DNA from: an uncultured Candidatus Saccharibacteria bacterium
GTDB taxonomy: Bacteria > Patescibacteriota > Minisyncoccia > Phycocordibacterales > DATDWN01
Direction: 5' to 3'
Assembly: GCA_964391455.1 (NCBI GenBank)
Contig: CAYMJQ010000002.1
Coordinates: forward strand, 12,688-76,687
Length of the DNA: 64,000 bases
Shown: in pieces, positions 18,056 to 27,440 of the stretch
Numbering within the stretch: position 1 is the first letter of the stretch
Layout: each line of letters begins with the position of its first letter
Notes under the pieces: model-generated
What the model saw: only the letters and a program-made list of their open reading frames with translations
The model's database searches: none
What the model was told of the DNA's origin: nothing
Position numbers and translations under genes: made by a program

Positions 18056-19231
18056 TTGAAAAATAATACGGCTCAACAAAGCCATATTTATTTACAGAGT
18101 TTCAGAATTTGTATTAAATTTAAGACTATTTTGGGGTCTAAACATGATCCAGATTCTATTTCGGGTCTTAAAAGCATCGTTGCCATATTTGTAAATAAAG
18201 TAGGCAAGATGGGATCTAGAGAGAATTTGGTGACAATATTTTACACTCTTGTTATAAATCCAGCTATTTTGTTGGGGGTGGTTATACCTTTGCAAGCATC
18301 AGCTTGTGGGATTTTTGATTTGAGGTCTTGTTTTTCTGGGGGCAATAGGGTTCAGGCAGAGGAAATTGTGTCTATGAATTCTCAAAATATAGCTTTGTTA
18401 CAAGCAACCCTTTCTCCCCTTCAAGGTATTTCTACTACAACAGATGAGATTGCCATAGTTAATGATGTTTTTATTTCTCCAGAAAATCAAAGATTTGCTG
18501 AAGATATAAAGACTATAGAAGATGAACAAATCAGTGTTTATGAAGTTAGAAGTGGAGATACGTTACCTTTAATTGCAAAAATGTTTGGAGTTTCTGTTAA
18601 TACTATAAAATGGGGTAACGATTTGAAAAGTGATAAAATAATACCCGGACAAGTGTTGGTTATATTGCCAATTTCTGGAGTTCAACACGTTGTTAAATCA
18701 GGAGACACTCTTCAAGGTATAGCGAAAAAACATAAAGGTGATTTAGATGAGATATTGCAGTACAACAATTTAACGCTTTCATCAAAACTTTCAATAGGTG
18801 ATGTTATTATAGTTCCAAATGGAGAGATTGTGTCTCATACCCCCACAACAAGAACTTCTGTAACAATAAGTCAAAGCACTCCTGCTTATAGTGGTTACTA
18901 TATAAGACCTATTGTTGGGGGAATAAAAACACAAGGAATTCATGGGAAAAATGCTATAGACCTAGCTTCTTACTATGGAGCTAATATATTAGCTTCTGCT
19001 TCTGGAGAAGTTATTATTGCTAGAACTGGATGGAATGGTGGTTATGGTACTTATGTTGTTATAAAACACGGAAACGGTACACAAACACTTTATGCTCATA
19101 TGAGTTCGTTAAATGTTGGTGTTGGAAGTAAAGTTTCTCAAGGTCAAGTTATAGGTAAAATGGGTAGTACAGGGAGAAGTACTGGTACACATTTACACTT
19201 TGAGATTCGTGGTGCCCGAAATCCTTTCTAA
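18056..19231 (+). CDS. LysM-LysM-M23 family peptidoglycan metalloendopeptidase
   Basis: Two LysM repeats (…SGDTLPLIAKMFGVSVNTIKWGN…, …SGDTLQGIAKKHKGDLDEILQYNN…) and a C-terminal M23 domain (HLHFEIR). The track start is a TTG. A more plausible start is the ATG at 18209 (MGSRENLV…), which carries a signal-like segment. Confidence 0.75.
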   Translation: MKNNTAQQSHIYLQSFRICIKFKTILGSKHDPDSISGLKSIVAIFVNKVGKMGSRENLVTIFYTLVINPAILLGVVIPLQASACGIFDLRSCFSGGNRVQAEEIVSMNSQNIALLQATLSPLQGISTTTDEIAIVNDVFISPENQRFAEDIKTIEDEQISVYEVRSGDTLPLIAKMFGVSVNTIKWGNDLKSDKIIPGQVLVILPISGVQHVVKSGDTLQGIAKKHKGDLDEILQYNNLTLSSKLSIGDVIIVPNGEIVSHTPTTRTSVTISQSTPAYSGYYIRPIVGGIKTQGIHGKNAIDLASYYGANILASASGEVIIARTGWNGGYGTYVVIKHGNGTQTLYAHMSSLNVGVGSKVSQGQVIGKMGSTGRSTGTHLHFEIRGARNPF

Positions 19232-19266
19232 AAATTTTACTAACAACTAACAACTAAAAACTACCC

Positions 19267-20814
19267 CTAGTATTTCTTCGGTCTATATTGCAGTGCTTCC
19301 AACAAATGTCTTTCTAGGATTTTTTCTGATTCATCTAAGTCAGCTATAGTCTGAGCAAGTTTTATCACTCTATGGTAAGAACGAGCAGATAGATCGAGTT
19401 TTTTTGCAGATTCGTTTAAAAGTTTTTTTGTTCTTTCTTCCAATTGAATAGTTTTTACTAAATCTTTTGAAGAAAGTTCAGCGTTTGTTTTTATTTTTAG
19501 GTTTTTGAATCGATTTGCTTGTTTTTCTCTAGCTTTTTCTATTCTAGGTTTTATTTTTTCTGTTCCCTCGTGAAATTCTCTTCCTTCAGTTAATTTTTCA
19601 TATTCAACTTTACTTACCTCTACCCACATATCTATTCTATCCATTATTGGTCCAGAGAGTTTTCTTTTGTATTTTTCTATAGCAATAGCTGAACAAACAC
19701 ATTCTTTGCCTTTTGTTCCTAAATTACCACAAGGACAGGGATTCATGGTCGCTACCAAAATAAAATGAGCCGGATAACAAACACTTCCCTTGGCCCTAGA
19801 TATTGTAACAACTCTATCTTCTAGCGGTTGTCTTAATGACTCTATTACTTTTTTATCAAATTCTGGGAATTCATCTAGGAACAAAACTCCTTTGTGAGCA
19901 AGGGTTACTTCTCCTGGCTTTAGATTTGTTCCTCCTCCGACCAAAGAAACATAAGAAGCTGTATGGTGAGGAGATCTAAAAGGGGCTTCATTTATTATCC
20001 CATTTTTTAACATGCCTCCAATTGAGTAAATTGATGTTACTTCCAGCTTTTCATCAAAAGACAAATCTGGAAGTAGTTGCGAAAATGCTTTTGCGAGCAT
20101 GGTTTTTCCTGTGCCAGGCGGTCCATACATTATTATGTTGTGCCCACCAGCTGCAGCAATCTCTAACCCTCTTTTTGCTGACTCTTGTCCTTTTATATCT
20201 GCAAAATCTATGTCAATTTCTTTTTTGGGTTCATCTTTTTTATCTTTTATGTATACTTTTATTGTTTCTTTTTTAAGATTTTCGTTGTCTGAATCTTTTG
20301 TATTTATATGTTTTATTATTTCAAGTAAAGAGTTTGCTCCAAATATTTTTATTCCCTCTATGTTTGAGGCTTCCTCGGCATTTTCAATGGGTAAAAATAC
20401 TTCTTTAAACCCATCTTTTTTTGCTTGTTGCACTATTGGCAGAACTCCATTAACAGGTCTTAATTTCCCATCAAGAGAAAGTTCTCCTACAAAAATTTTA
20501 TTTTCTGTATCAGCTTCTACTTCTTCTGAAGCTATTAAATAAGCTATAGCTATGGGTAAATCAAAAAACGGACCTTCTTTTTTGATGTGGGCTGGGGCTA
20601 AAGAAACCACAACTTTCTGATTTTTATTTTTTGGTGATTTCCAACCAGAGTTTTTTATAGCTGAAGAAACTCTTTCTTTGGATTCATCTACAGATTTATC
20701 ACCAAGGCCTACTATTGAAAATGAGTGTAGTCCCCTAGATATATCTACTTCCAAATCTATTATTTGTGCGGATAGAAGGGATGTCTGTGCGGAATATATT
20801 TTTGATACGGCCAT
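19267..20814 (-). CDS. comM: YifB/ComM-family Mg-chelatase-like AAA+ ATPase
   Basis: The motif GPPGTGKTMLAKAF, a C-terminal Mg-chelatase ChlI-like domain and the characteristic 515-aa size. Confidence 0.85.
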   Translation of the reverse strand: MAVSKIYSAQTSLLSAQIIDLEVDISRGLHSFSIVGLGDKSVDESKERVSSAIKNSGWKSPKNKNQKVVVSLAPAHIKKEGPFFDLPIAIAYLIASEEVEADTENKIFVGELSLDGKLRPVNGVLPIVQQAKKDGFKEVFLPIENAEEASNIEGIKIFGANSLLEIIKHINTKDSDNENLKKETIKVYIKDKKDEPKKEIDIDFADIKGQESAKRGLEIAAAGGHNIIMYGPPGTGKTMLAKAFSQLLPDLSFDEKLEVTSIYSIGGMLKNGIINEAPFRSPHHTASYVSLVGGGTNLKPGEVTLAHKGVLFLDEFPEFDKKVIESLRQPLEDRVVTISRAKGSVCYPAHFILVATMNPCPCGNLGTKGKECVCSAIAIEKYKRKLSGPIMDRIDMWVEVSKVEYEKLTEGREFHEGTEKIKPRIEKAREKQANRFKNLKIKTNAELSSKDLVKTIQLEERTKKLLNESAKKLDLSARSYHRVIKLAQTIADLDESEKILERHLLEALQYRPKKY

Positions 20815-20862
20815 TAACCGTTACTCTACTCCTAAGACTTTAATTTGCAAGTCTTTAAAAAA

Positions 20863-21222
20863 TTAAGACATATGAGCTATACAAGTAACAGCTGCAGGAT
20901 TTGCATCTAGTCTATTATCTTCTATTTCGTTTCCACAAACTTCACATACACCGTATTTTTCTTCTTTTATTCTTTCTAGAGCATGATTTACTTCATGGAG
21001 TCTTGTTTCTAGATTTTCTAATACGGCATTGTTATTTTCGTATTGTTCTATACTATCAGCCACATCTAACTCATCTGCCTCATCTACAACCCCTTCCTCT
21101 TTTGTGGCCTGCCAATCACCAACTTCATCAGGGTTTCTTCTCCCAAGTGTTTCAAGTTGTTTTTCTAATTCAGCCACTTCTTTTTCTAGTAAATTTTTGT
21201 AATGTTCAGCGTCTTTTTTCAT
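20863..21222 (-). CDS. DksA/TraR-family C4 zinc-finger protein
   Basis: An N-terminal coiled coil and a C-terminal CxxC-17-CxxH zinc finger (CEVCGNEIEDNRLDANPAAVTCIAH). Confidence 0.6.
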   Translation of the reverse strand: MKKDAEHYKNLLEKEVAELEKQLETLGRRNPDEVGDWQATKEEGVVDEADELDVADSIEQYENNNAVLENLETRLHEVNHALERIKEEKYGVCEVCGNEIEDNRLDANPAAVTCIAHMS

Positions 21223-21262
21223 TTCTTTATTGTATCAGAGATATTTCTACTCGCAATCAGTA

Positions 21263-22162
21263 CTATTTTACTTGTCTGTTTAACACTATTTTACCAGCTA
21301 TAGCTGATAGGATACCTTCATTTCTGGTTATAACTAGAGTTTGTCTATCTATAAATGAATATAAAACAAGAGGATTTCCATTTTTATCTTTCAGTATTCT
21401 CATATCTCTATTTTTTGCTGTTTCATCTATGAAAACATTAGATGATTCATCAAAGTTCTCGTTTAAAATGTCAAAAAATCCATCTAAATCGTATGCCATA
21501 TCACTTTCCCACTTTAACATTCCCGAATAAGCTAAAGGAAAATCATCTACAGTAAGTATTATGAAGGTTTCATTTGTATCAAATGAATATATTCCCAACA
21601 TATAATCTTTTCCAAAAGATCTTTGAAGTGAAGGAAGCATATTTGGTCCAATTATGCTTACTACTTTTTCAATACTCCCCTCTTGTTTTTCGGAAGAAGT
21701 GTTTATATAAAGAACCGAATTTACAGTGCTACCCCAAGATTGTTTATTTTCGGTAATTAGATTTATTAGGTTTTCTCTGTTTAATTCAGTATCAGAAATA
21801 TTTCTCTCATCAGAAAAAGTTACAAGAGTTTTTGGATTTTGATTTATGTTTATACCATCATTTGGGTTTATTATATACAGTGCTAAAAAAGAAATTATTC
21901 CCAATAATATAAAGGTGGTTCCAAGCACTAGATATGTTTTATTTTTTACTTCAGATTTTTTTTGTAAATCTGCGATTTCTGGTCGCTCTATTTTTCTTTT
22001 TTGTTCCGAAACCAATACAGTTGTGGCTGAATATTTATTTTTTGAAATAGCTTCTTGAACATCACCTTGGAAGGTTCTCAAAGATTTTATAGGAACTCTC
22101 TCGTTCTTAAGAGTCTCTTTTTGTTCTTCGTTGTTTGTTTTTTGATTTTGTTCAGGATTCAT
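21263..22162 (-). CDS. hypothetical single-pass membrane protein
   Basis: A 299-aa protein with one TM helix near residue 80 and no recognised domain. Confidence 0.45.
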   Translation of the reverse strand: MNPEQNQKTNNEEQKETLKNERVPIKSLRTFQGDVQEAISKNKYSATTVLVSEQKRKIERPEIADLQKKSEVKNKTYLVLGTTFILLGIISFLALYIINPNDGININQNPKTLVTFSDERNISDTELNRENLINLITENKQSWGSTVNSVLYINTSSEKQEGSIEKVVSIIGPNMLPSLQRSFGKDYMLGIYSFDTNETFIILTVDDFPLAYSGMLKWESDMAYDLDGFFDILNENFDESSNVFIDETAKNRDMRILKDKNGNPLVLYSFIDRQTLVITRNEGILSAIAGKIVLNRQVK

Positions 22163-22223
22163 TTAGTTGTATACCAAATTTAATCTGCGAATTAATTGTA
22201 ACAAAATCTTTACTAATTAAAAA

Positions 22224-22769
22224 CTATTTTTTTGTATTTTTTCTATTTCTTTTATTGTTTCCGTAACCTAAAAGATATTTACTCGGGTTGTTATCTAGAT
22301 CCATGAAGTCATCACAGACTTCTATGAGTTTACTAGAAGAAGATTTCCCAAAAGAAACTGCTTCTACTTGGCAACCTTCATTTACTTTTAAGTACTCAAC
22401 CAGAGGGACAAAATCGCCGTCTCCAGTAACCAGAATTATTGCATCAAGTTTCGGGGCTAGTTTTATAGCATCTACAGCTAGGCCAACATCCCAATCTGCC
22501 TTTTTTGCGCCACCAGAAAATATTTGTAAATTTTTTGTTTTTGTCTCAATACCCATTTTTTCTAATGCATCAAAAAAATTTTTTTCATCTCCGGCTTCTG
22601 TAGTAATAACATAAGCAACAGCTCTTATAAGTTGCCTTCCGGCTAAACTATCTTTAACTACTTCCCCAAAATTTACTCTTGTATTATAAATATTTTTCGC
22701 TGAGTGGTATAAATTTTGGGTATCAATAAATACACCAACTCTTTGATCTTTGTGTTTAATGACTGACAT
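22224..22769 (-). CDS. NYN/LabA-like domain protein
   Basis: The N-terminus GVFIDTQNLYHSAKN…, a conserved Asp pattern typical of NYN nucleases, and a 181-aa length. Confidence 0.6.
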   Translation of the reverse strand: MSVIKHKDQRVGVFIDTQNLYHSAKNIYNTRVNFGEVVKDSLAGRQLIRAVAYVITTEAGDEKNFFDALEKMGIETKTKNLQIFSGGAKKADWDVGLAVDAIKLAPKLDAIILVTGDGDFVPLVEYLKVNEGCQVEAVSFGKSSSSKLIEVCDDFMDLDNNPSKYLLGYGNNKRNRKNTKK

Positions 22770-22841
22770 TTGTATGTAATTTAATATTAAAAATATAAAA
22801 ACTTCTAACTAATTTTATCTTATTTAAAATCTAATGCCACT

Positions 22842-22870
22842 AAAAACAAAAACAACCTTACGGTTGCTTT
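22842..22870 (-). terminator. intrinsic terminator of rpsO
   Basis: On the minus strand, a caacc-gtaa-ggttg hairpin is followed by tttttgttttt. Confidence 0.5.
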
Positions 22871-22876
22871 CAAGAG

Positions 22877-23143
22877 TTATTTTTTAAGACCTAATTTTTT
22901 AGTAAGAGAACCGTATCTTTTCGGGTTTTTCTTCTCTAGGTATTTTAAATGTTTTTTTCTATCTGCAACCATTTGCAACAAACCTCTTCTAGAATGGTTA
23001 TCTTTTGTGTTTTTCTTTAAGTGAGAAGTTAATTCATCTATTCTTTTAGACAAAATAGCTACTTGGACTTCTGGAGAGCCGGTATCTTTTTCATGTACCT
23101 GGACTTCTTTTATAACCCTTGTTTTCTTTGTTTTTGTAAGCAT
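22877..23143 (-). CDS. rpsO: 30S ribosomal protein S15
   Basis: An 88-aa protein reading …GSPEVQVAILSKRIDELTSHLKKNTKDNHSRRGLLQMVADRKKHLKYL…, a canonical S15 sequence. Confidence 0.9.
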   Translation of the reverse strand: MLTKTKKTRVIKEVQVHEKDTGSPEVQVAILSKRIDELTSHLKKNTKDNHSRRGLLQMVADRKKHLKYLEKKNPKRYGSLTKKLGLKK

Positions 23144-23226
23144 TGTCCTACAAGGATATCATAAAAGCTTGATATTTGCAAGCTCTTAGAGGAAGTGTCT
23201 TAAGTCTCAAGTTATACTCTTATATA

Positions 23227-23255
23227 TTGACAAAATACATTTTTAGGTGTATAAT
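23227..23255 (+). promoter_or_regulatory. consensus sigma70 promoter TTGACA-17-TATAAT driving the GC-rich mini-gene
   Basis: The sequence ttgacaaaatacatttttaggtgtataat is followed by the SD aggaggtg (23263-23270). Confidence 0.55.
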
Positions 23256-23274
23256 TTACGTTAGGAGGTGCCAA

Positions 23275-23511
23275 ATGGCACAGGTGCAGCAGCTCGTTTT
23301 CGCCATCATGGTTATGTTTGTGGTGGCGACTGGGATTTCCGTCATGATTGGCGGGCTTCCCTTGGCTGGTCGACTCTGGAGGTCGGCCAGCAACCTGATC
23401 CGCCGACAGGTGGTCAGGTCTCTCGGATGGCTCTGGCGGAACTACCGCCGGGAAATCATTGGGTTCTGGGTGGGTGTTGCCACCACCCTGTTCGTTTTTG
23501 GACGCTTCTAG
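23275..23511 (+). CDS. GC-rich foreign-looking small membrane protein (78 aa, two TM helices, Arg-rich loop)
   Basis: An ATG lies 5 nt after the AGGAGGTG SD. The product is MAQVQQLVFAIMVMFVVATGISVMIGGLPLAGRLWRSASNLIRRQVVRSLGWLWRNYRREIIGFWVGVATTLFVFGRF. GC content is far above the flanks. A hairpin plus T-run overlaps the stop codon. The overlapping track ORF 23268..23543 is an alternative frame of the same GC-rich block. Confidence 0.5.
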   Translation: MAQVQQLVFAIMVMFVVATGISVMIGGLPLAGRLWRSASNLIRRQVVRSLGWLWRNYRREIIGFWVGVATTLFVFGRF

Positions 23512-23543
23512 AAATTTTAGGAGCGTTCTTTTTTATATCTTGA

Positions 23544-23582
23544 AAAATATTTTGCGATTATTTTAGTTTCGCAAAATATTTT
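23544..23582. promoter_or_regulatory. 14-bp perfect inverted repeat (AAAATATTTTGCGA…TCGCAAAATATTTT) upstream of xerC, candidate operator
   Basis: The repeat is visible in the sequence. Nearby TGCGACA-like repeats and an extended -10 (tgtgttataat) lie at about 23638. Confidence 0.35.
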
Positions 23583-23685
23583 CAGATTATGCGACAAGTA
23601 ATCTTGTTTGTATAACCTATATTGTGCGACATTGTGTTATAATTTCATCTAACAACTATAAAATGATAACTAGAAACTTTACCTC

Positions 23686-24615
23686 ATGGCTTCACTAAAA
23701 CAACTTAAACAACAATTTTTAGAATATGTTGAGATAGAAAGAGGTCGTTCTGTGAAAACAATAGAGAATTACGACCATTACCTATCGGTTTTTCTTGAAT
23801 TTTTAAAAAAAGATAAGCCTGAAGACATAACAGATGAAAATGTAAGGATGTTTCGTCTCTGGCTTAACCGTCGTCCTGTTGGTAAACATGGTCAAACAGT
23901 AACCAGAAAGACTCAGAACTATTATCTCATTGCCCTAAGGGCATTTTTGAAGTATCTAGCTAGGCAAGAGATAAAAACAATGCCAGCAGAAAGAATAGAG
24001 TTGGCGAAAACAACTGAAAGGTCTTTGGATTTAATAACCCAAGAAGAATTAAATAGGATTTTAGAGGCGCCCAATGGAAATGATGAAAAATCTTTAAGAG
24101 ATAAGGCTATACTAGAGCTTCTTTTTTCTACAGGTCTTCGTGTGTCGGAGCTATGTTCCCTACCTCGTGATATAAATCTTCGTTCGGATGAGCTTTCTGT
24201 GAAAGGTAAGGGTGGAAAAATAAGGGTAGTATTTTTATCAGAAGAAGCCAAAAGGTGTGTAAAAAATTATTTAGACAAAAGAAAAGATATGAACGACGGC
24301 CTTTTTGTGAGAATAAATCAAGATTTAGATAAAAAAGGTTCTAAAACAACAACAATAGATAAAAAAAATAATCTAGATAGAAGGTCTATAGAAAGAATAG
24401 TCAGGCATTACGCGATAAAAGCTGGTGTGTCTAAAAAAGTTACTCCTCATACATTAAGACATTTGTTTGCAACAGATTTACTTTCTAACGGAGCTGATTT
24501 GCGTTCAGTACAAGCACTTTTGGGTCACTCAAGTATTTCTACAACTCAAATATATACACATGTCACAGATAAACACCTGCGTGAAGTTCACAAAAAATTC
24601 CATAAAAAAAGTTAA
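23686..24615 (+). CDS. xerC: tyrosine site-specific recombinase XerC/XerD family
   Basis: The C-terminal catalytic motif HTLRHLFATDLL…LLGHSSISTTQIYTHV and an N-terminal SAM-like domain. Confidence 0.85.
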   Translation: MASLKQLKQQFLEYVEIERGRSVKTIENYDHYLSVFLEFLKKDKPEDITDENVRMFRLWLNRRPVGKHGQTVTRKTQNYYLIALRAFLKYLARQEIKTMPAERIELAKTTERSLDLITQEELNRILEAPNGNDEKSLRDKAILELLFSTGLRVSELCSLPRDINLRSDELSVKGKGGKIRVVFLSEEAKRCVKNYLDKRKDMNDGLFVRINQDLDKKGSKTTTIDKKNNLDRRSIERIVRHYAIKAGVSKKVTPHTLRHLFATDLLSNGADLRSVQALLGHSSISTTQIYTHVTDKHLREVHKKFHKKS

Positions 24616-24635
24616 TTTATGATAGTATTGTTTTT

Positions 24636-25430
24636 ATGAAAATAATCTCTTGGAATGTTAATGGAATACGCGCTGTACATAAAAAGGGTTTACTAGTTCC
24701 TTTTGTTGAAAAATACAAACCAGATATTCTGTGTTTACAAGAAACCAAAGCACAAAAAGATCAAAGTGAGGTAGATTTACCAGAATACAAGGAGTATTGG
24801 AATTCTGCAGAGAAAAAAGGTTATAGTGGTACAGCAATTTTTACAAAAGAAGAACCTTTGTCTGTTTTAATTAATTTTCCAGATAAAATAGCTAAAAAAT
24901 ATAAATTTTCTGATAAGTATGGTGATACCAACACAGAAGGTAGAATAATTTGTGCAGAATATAAAAAATTTTATTTAGTTACTGTTTATACCCCTAACGC
25001 AAAAGATGACTTAACTCGTATACCGATGAGACACAAGTCATGGGACCCAGCTTTTTTAGAATATATGAAGGAATTAGAAAAAGATAAGCCCGTTATGTTT
25101 TGTGGAGATTTAAATGTGGCTCATACAGAAGATGATTTAGCTAGACCGAAAGAAAACATAGGTAAAAAAGGTTTTACAAGTGAAGAAAGAGAAGGAATAC
25201 AAAAGTATATTGACGCTGGTTTTGTGGATACCCTAAGATTATTTAAAAAAGGAAATGGTTTTTATACATGGTGGAGTCATTTTGGTGGAGCCCGAGCTAG
25301 GAATGTGGGCTGGAGAATAGACTATATTTTTGTAAGTAAAAAGTTGAAGGAAAAAGTTAAGAAAGCAGATATCCATCCGGACATACTTGGCTCTGATCAT
25401 TGTCCAGTATCAATTGAAATTGAATTTTAG
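24636..25430 (+). CDS. xth: exodeoxyribonuclease III
   Basis: MKIISWNVNGIRA… and other EEP-family AP-endonuclease motifs in a 264-aa protein. Confidence 0.9.
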   Translation: MKIISWNVNGIRAVHKKGLLVPFVEKYKPDILCLQETKAQKDQSEVDLPEYKEYWNSAEKKGYSGTAIFTKEEPLSVLINFPDKIAKKYKFSDKYGDTNTEGRIICAEYKKFYLVTVYTPNAKDDLTRIPMRHKSWDPAFLEYMKELEKDKPVMFCGDLNVAHTEDDLARPKENIGKKGFTSEEREGIQKYIDAGFVDTLRLFKKGNGFYTWWSHFGGARARNVGWRIDYIFVSKKLKEKVKKADIHPDILGSDHCPVSIEIEF

Positions 25431-25554
25431 TTATCCACAATATTTTTATAAAATGTCCTTTACATATTTTTATAAAAGACATAAACTTATTTCAGAACGC
25501 AGATTAAATGTCCGATACAATAAACCCTGTATTGGATTGACGTTCTGTAATAGT

Positions 25555-25785
25555 TCTTTTTTTTGGGAATCGGCCGAATTCCTCTCTTTTAGAAGACCCC
25601 CTGGTCTTCCCTGGGAAAGAGTGTAAACGAGCTCCTCACTATCTACTATATTTTTTTGAGCATTCGTTACTACCCCCTGCCCTAGTAAGTACTGGGTGGC
25701 CCTTCTCCAAACTACGCACATTTGTGCGCCCAACAGTCCCTAGATTTGCCTTCGTGAGATGGCTCTCTAATTGGGGCTGTTTTTT
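25555..25785. ncRNA. candidate structured small RNA in a GC-elevated convergent intergenic region (identity unresolved)
   Basis: A ~230-bp block is clearly richer in G+C than its surroundings. It lies between the 3' ends of xth and cca and has several local hairpins. Only spurious ORFs cover it. Confidence 0.25.
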
Positions 25786-27250
25786 ATTGTACGTAATGTT
25801 TTTTTCTAATTTTCTTTATTTCTATTTCATCCACTTCTTCCTTTATCATTTTCCCCTTTTCTCCTAATTCCCTTAATTTATTTTCTGGTAATTCCAACAT
25901 TTCTAAAGCTCTTTTTTCCATATATTCATCTGTGTTTTTACTAGGGTCCTCTAATACTTCTTCAAGAAGTGCGTGTAAAACAAAACCAACTTTCGGTCCA
26001 GGAGGAATTTTGCCTATTTCTATAATTTTTTTACCATCAATATTAAGCATTCCTACAGAAATCGGGTCACGGAGAGCTTCTTCAATCATTGAATGATATT
26101 TTCTGAGACGATAGGGGTCTTCTTTGGGTCTACCAGCTCCTATACGATCGCATATGCGTAGATTCATTAAATCCCATATATTTTCTCGTCCAACATTTAC
26201 AATCATTCTACGGACCGCAGAGAGCGTAATTTGCTCTGTGTCAGAGAAAAACATATGCCAGCGTATCATGGAAACAACTTTATCAATGATTTTTGTAGGA
26301 TATTTTAAATTTTCAAGAATTTTTTTAGTTTTTCTTGCTCCAAGAACTTCATGGCCAAAGAAAGTCCATTTTTTATTTTTCCCACCACCTCTTCTTGTTT
26401 CTGGTTTAGAAATATCATGAAAAAGTGCAGAAAGCCTTATTTCTAAAGGGTAATTTTTATCAGCTGAATGCTGTAGTGATCTAAGTAAGTGCTCCCAAAC
26501 ATCATAAGCATGTACTCCCCCTTGTTCCACCCCTACGGTTTCTAGTAGTTCAGGTGAAATATACTCTAGTAAGTTAAGTTTTTTAAGCATCAAAAGTCCC
26601 TTCATTGGGTTATCTGACATTACTATTCTAGTGAATTCATCTCTTATTCTTTCCTTTGATATATTTTTTAACAAAGATGAGCTTTCTAACATAGCTTTTT
26701 CAGTTTCTGGATGAATTTCAAAACTTAACTCAACAGAAAGTCTAATTCCCCTAATTATTCTAAGTCCATCTTCATTAAATCTTGATACAGGATCTCCTAC
26801 AGTTCTTATTAATTTGTCTTTTAAATCTTTTTCTCCACCATAAAGGTCAATAAATTCATTTTTAGATGTCGAATAGGCTAACGCATTCACAGTGAAATCT
26901 CTCCTTTTTAGGTCATCTTCTATTTTTTGGCTAAAAATAACGTTATTAGGATGCCTATTATCCAAATACTCCCCTTCTAATCTATACGGAGTTACCTCTA
27001 CCACTTTCAATGTTTCTTTTTCTACATTTTCATTTACAACTCCTACTGTACCAAAGGTATTTTCATAAAAAGTATTTGGGAACGAGGCTATTATCTGTTC
27101 TGGATTAGCATTTGTTGTTATATCCCAATCCTTCGGTTCCCTATCAAGCATAAGATCTCTCACGCAACCACCAACAAGAAAAGCTTCAAAGCCTTCTTTT
27201 TCTAGTTTTTTCGTTATGTTAGTTATTTCTTTTGGAATATTTAGTTTCAT
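25784..27250 (-). CDS. cca: CCA-adding tRNA nucleotidyltransferase / poly(A) polymerase family with HD domain
   Basis: An N-terminal GGCVRDLMLDREPKDWDITT nucleotidyltransferase head and a C-terminal HD domain. Confidence 0.8.
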   Translation of the reverse strand: MKLNIPKEITNITKKLEKEGFEAFLVGGCVRDLMLDREPKDWDITTNANPEQIIASFPNTFYENTFGTVGVVNENVEKETLKVVEVTPYRLEGEYLDNRHPNNVIFSQKIEDDLKRRDFTVNALAYSTSKNEFIDLYGGEKDLKDKLIRTVGDPVSRFNEDGLRIIRGIRLSVELSFEIHPETEKAMLESSSLLKNISKERIRDEFTRIVMSDNPMKGLLMLKKLNLLEYISPELLETVGVEQGGVHAYDVWEHLLRSLQHSADKNYPLEIRLSALFHDISKPETRRGGGKNKKWTFFGHEVLGARKTKKILENLKYPTKIIDKVVSMIRWHMFFSDTEQITLSAVRRMIVNVGRENIWDLMNLRICDRIGAGRPKEDPYRLRKYHSMIEEALRDPISVGMLNIDGKKIIEIGKIPPGPKVGFVLHALLEEVLEDPSKNTDEYMEKRALEMLELPENKLRELGEKGKMIKEEVDEIEIKKIRKKHYVQ

Positions 27251-27263
27251 CTAAATAAAATTG

Positions 27264-27335
27264 TGCTCTCGGTAGGAATCGAACCCACATCCACGGTTCC
27301 GAAGACCGGTACTCTATCCATTGAGCTACGAGAGC
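27264..27335 (-). tRNA. tRNA-Arg (anticodon UCG)
   Basis: I folded a cloverleaf by hand on the minus strand, read as gctctcg-ta-gctc…ccggt-cttcgga-accgt…gtggg-ttcgatt-cctac-cgagagc-a. It is 72 nt with one C-U mismatch at the top of the anticodon stem. Confidence 0.75.
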
Positions 27336-27369
27336 TTATTAATAATAACATGAAAAAGACAAAATTTTG

Positions 27370-27440
27370 TGCGGTCAGGGGTAATCGAAACCCCGACTGC
27401 TCCTTGGCAAGGAGCTGTTATACCACTTAACCATGACCGC
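27370..27440 (-). tRNA. tRNA-Gly (anticodon GCC)
   Basis: On the minus strand: gcggtca…gctcc-ttgccaa-ggagc…ggggt-ttcgatt-acccc-tgaccgc-a. It is 71 nt. Confidence 0.85.

Noticed and set aside
23268-23543. Alternative 91-aa frame across the GC-rich block near 23.3 kb
   Set aside because: GC-rich DNA keeps several frames open by chance. The frame beginning at the ATG 5 nt after AGGAGGTG (23275) has proper initiation context and a membrane-protein-like product. The other frame starts at a GTG that overlaps the SD.
25387-25733. ORFs 25387..25626 (+) and 25470..25733 (-) in the xth-cca intergenic GC block
   Set aside because: They have no SD or start context and span hairpin-rich sequence. The region is more plausibly an RNA or structured spacer.
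25555-25785. Calling the GC block RNase P RNA or tmRNA
   Set aside because: It has only a partial resemblance to the P5-P7 segment. The invariant P4 sequence GGAAAGUCC is absent, as are the tRNA-like T-arm and acceptor required for tmRNA. I left it as an unresolved candidate RNA.
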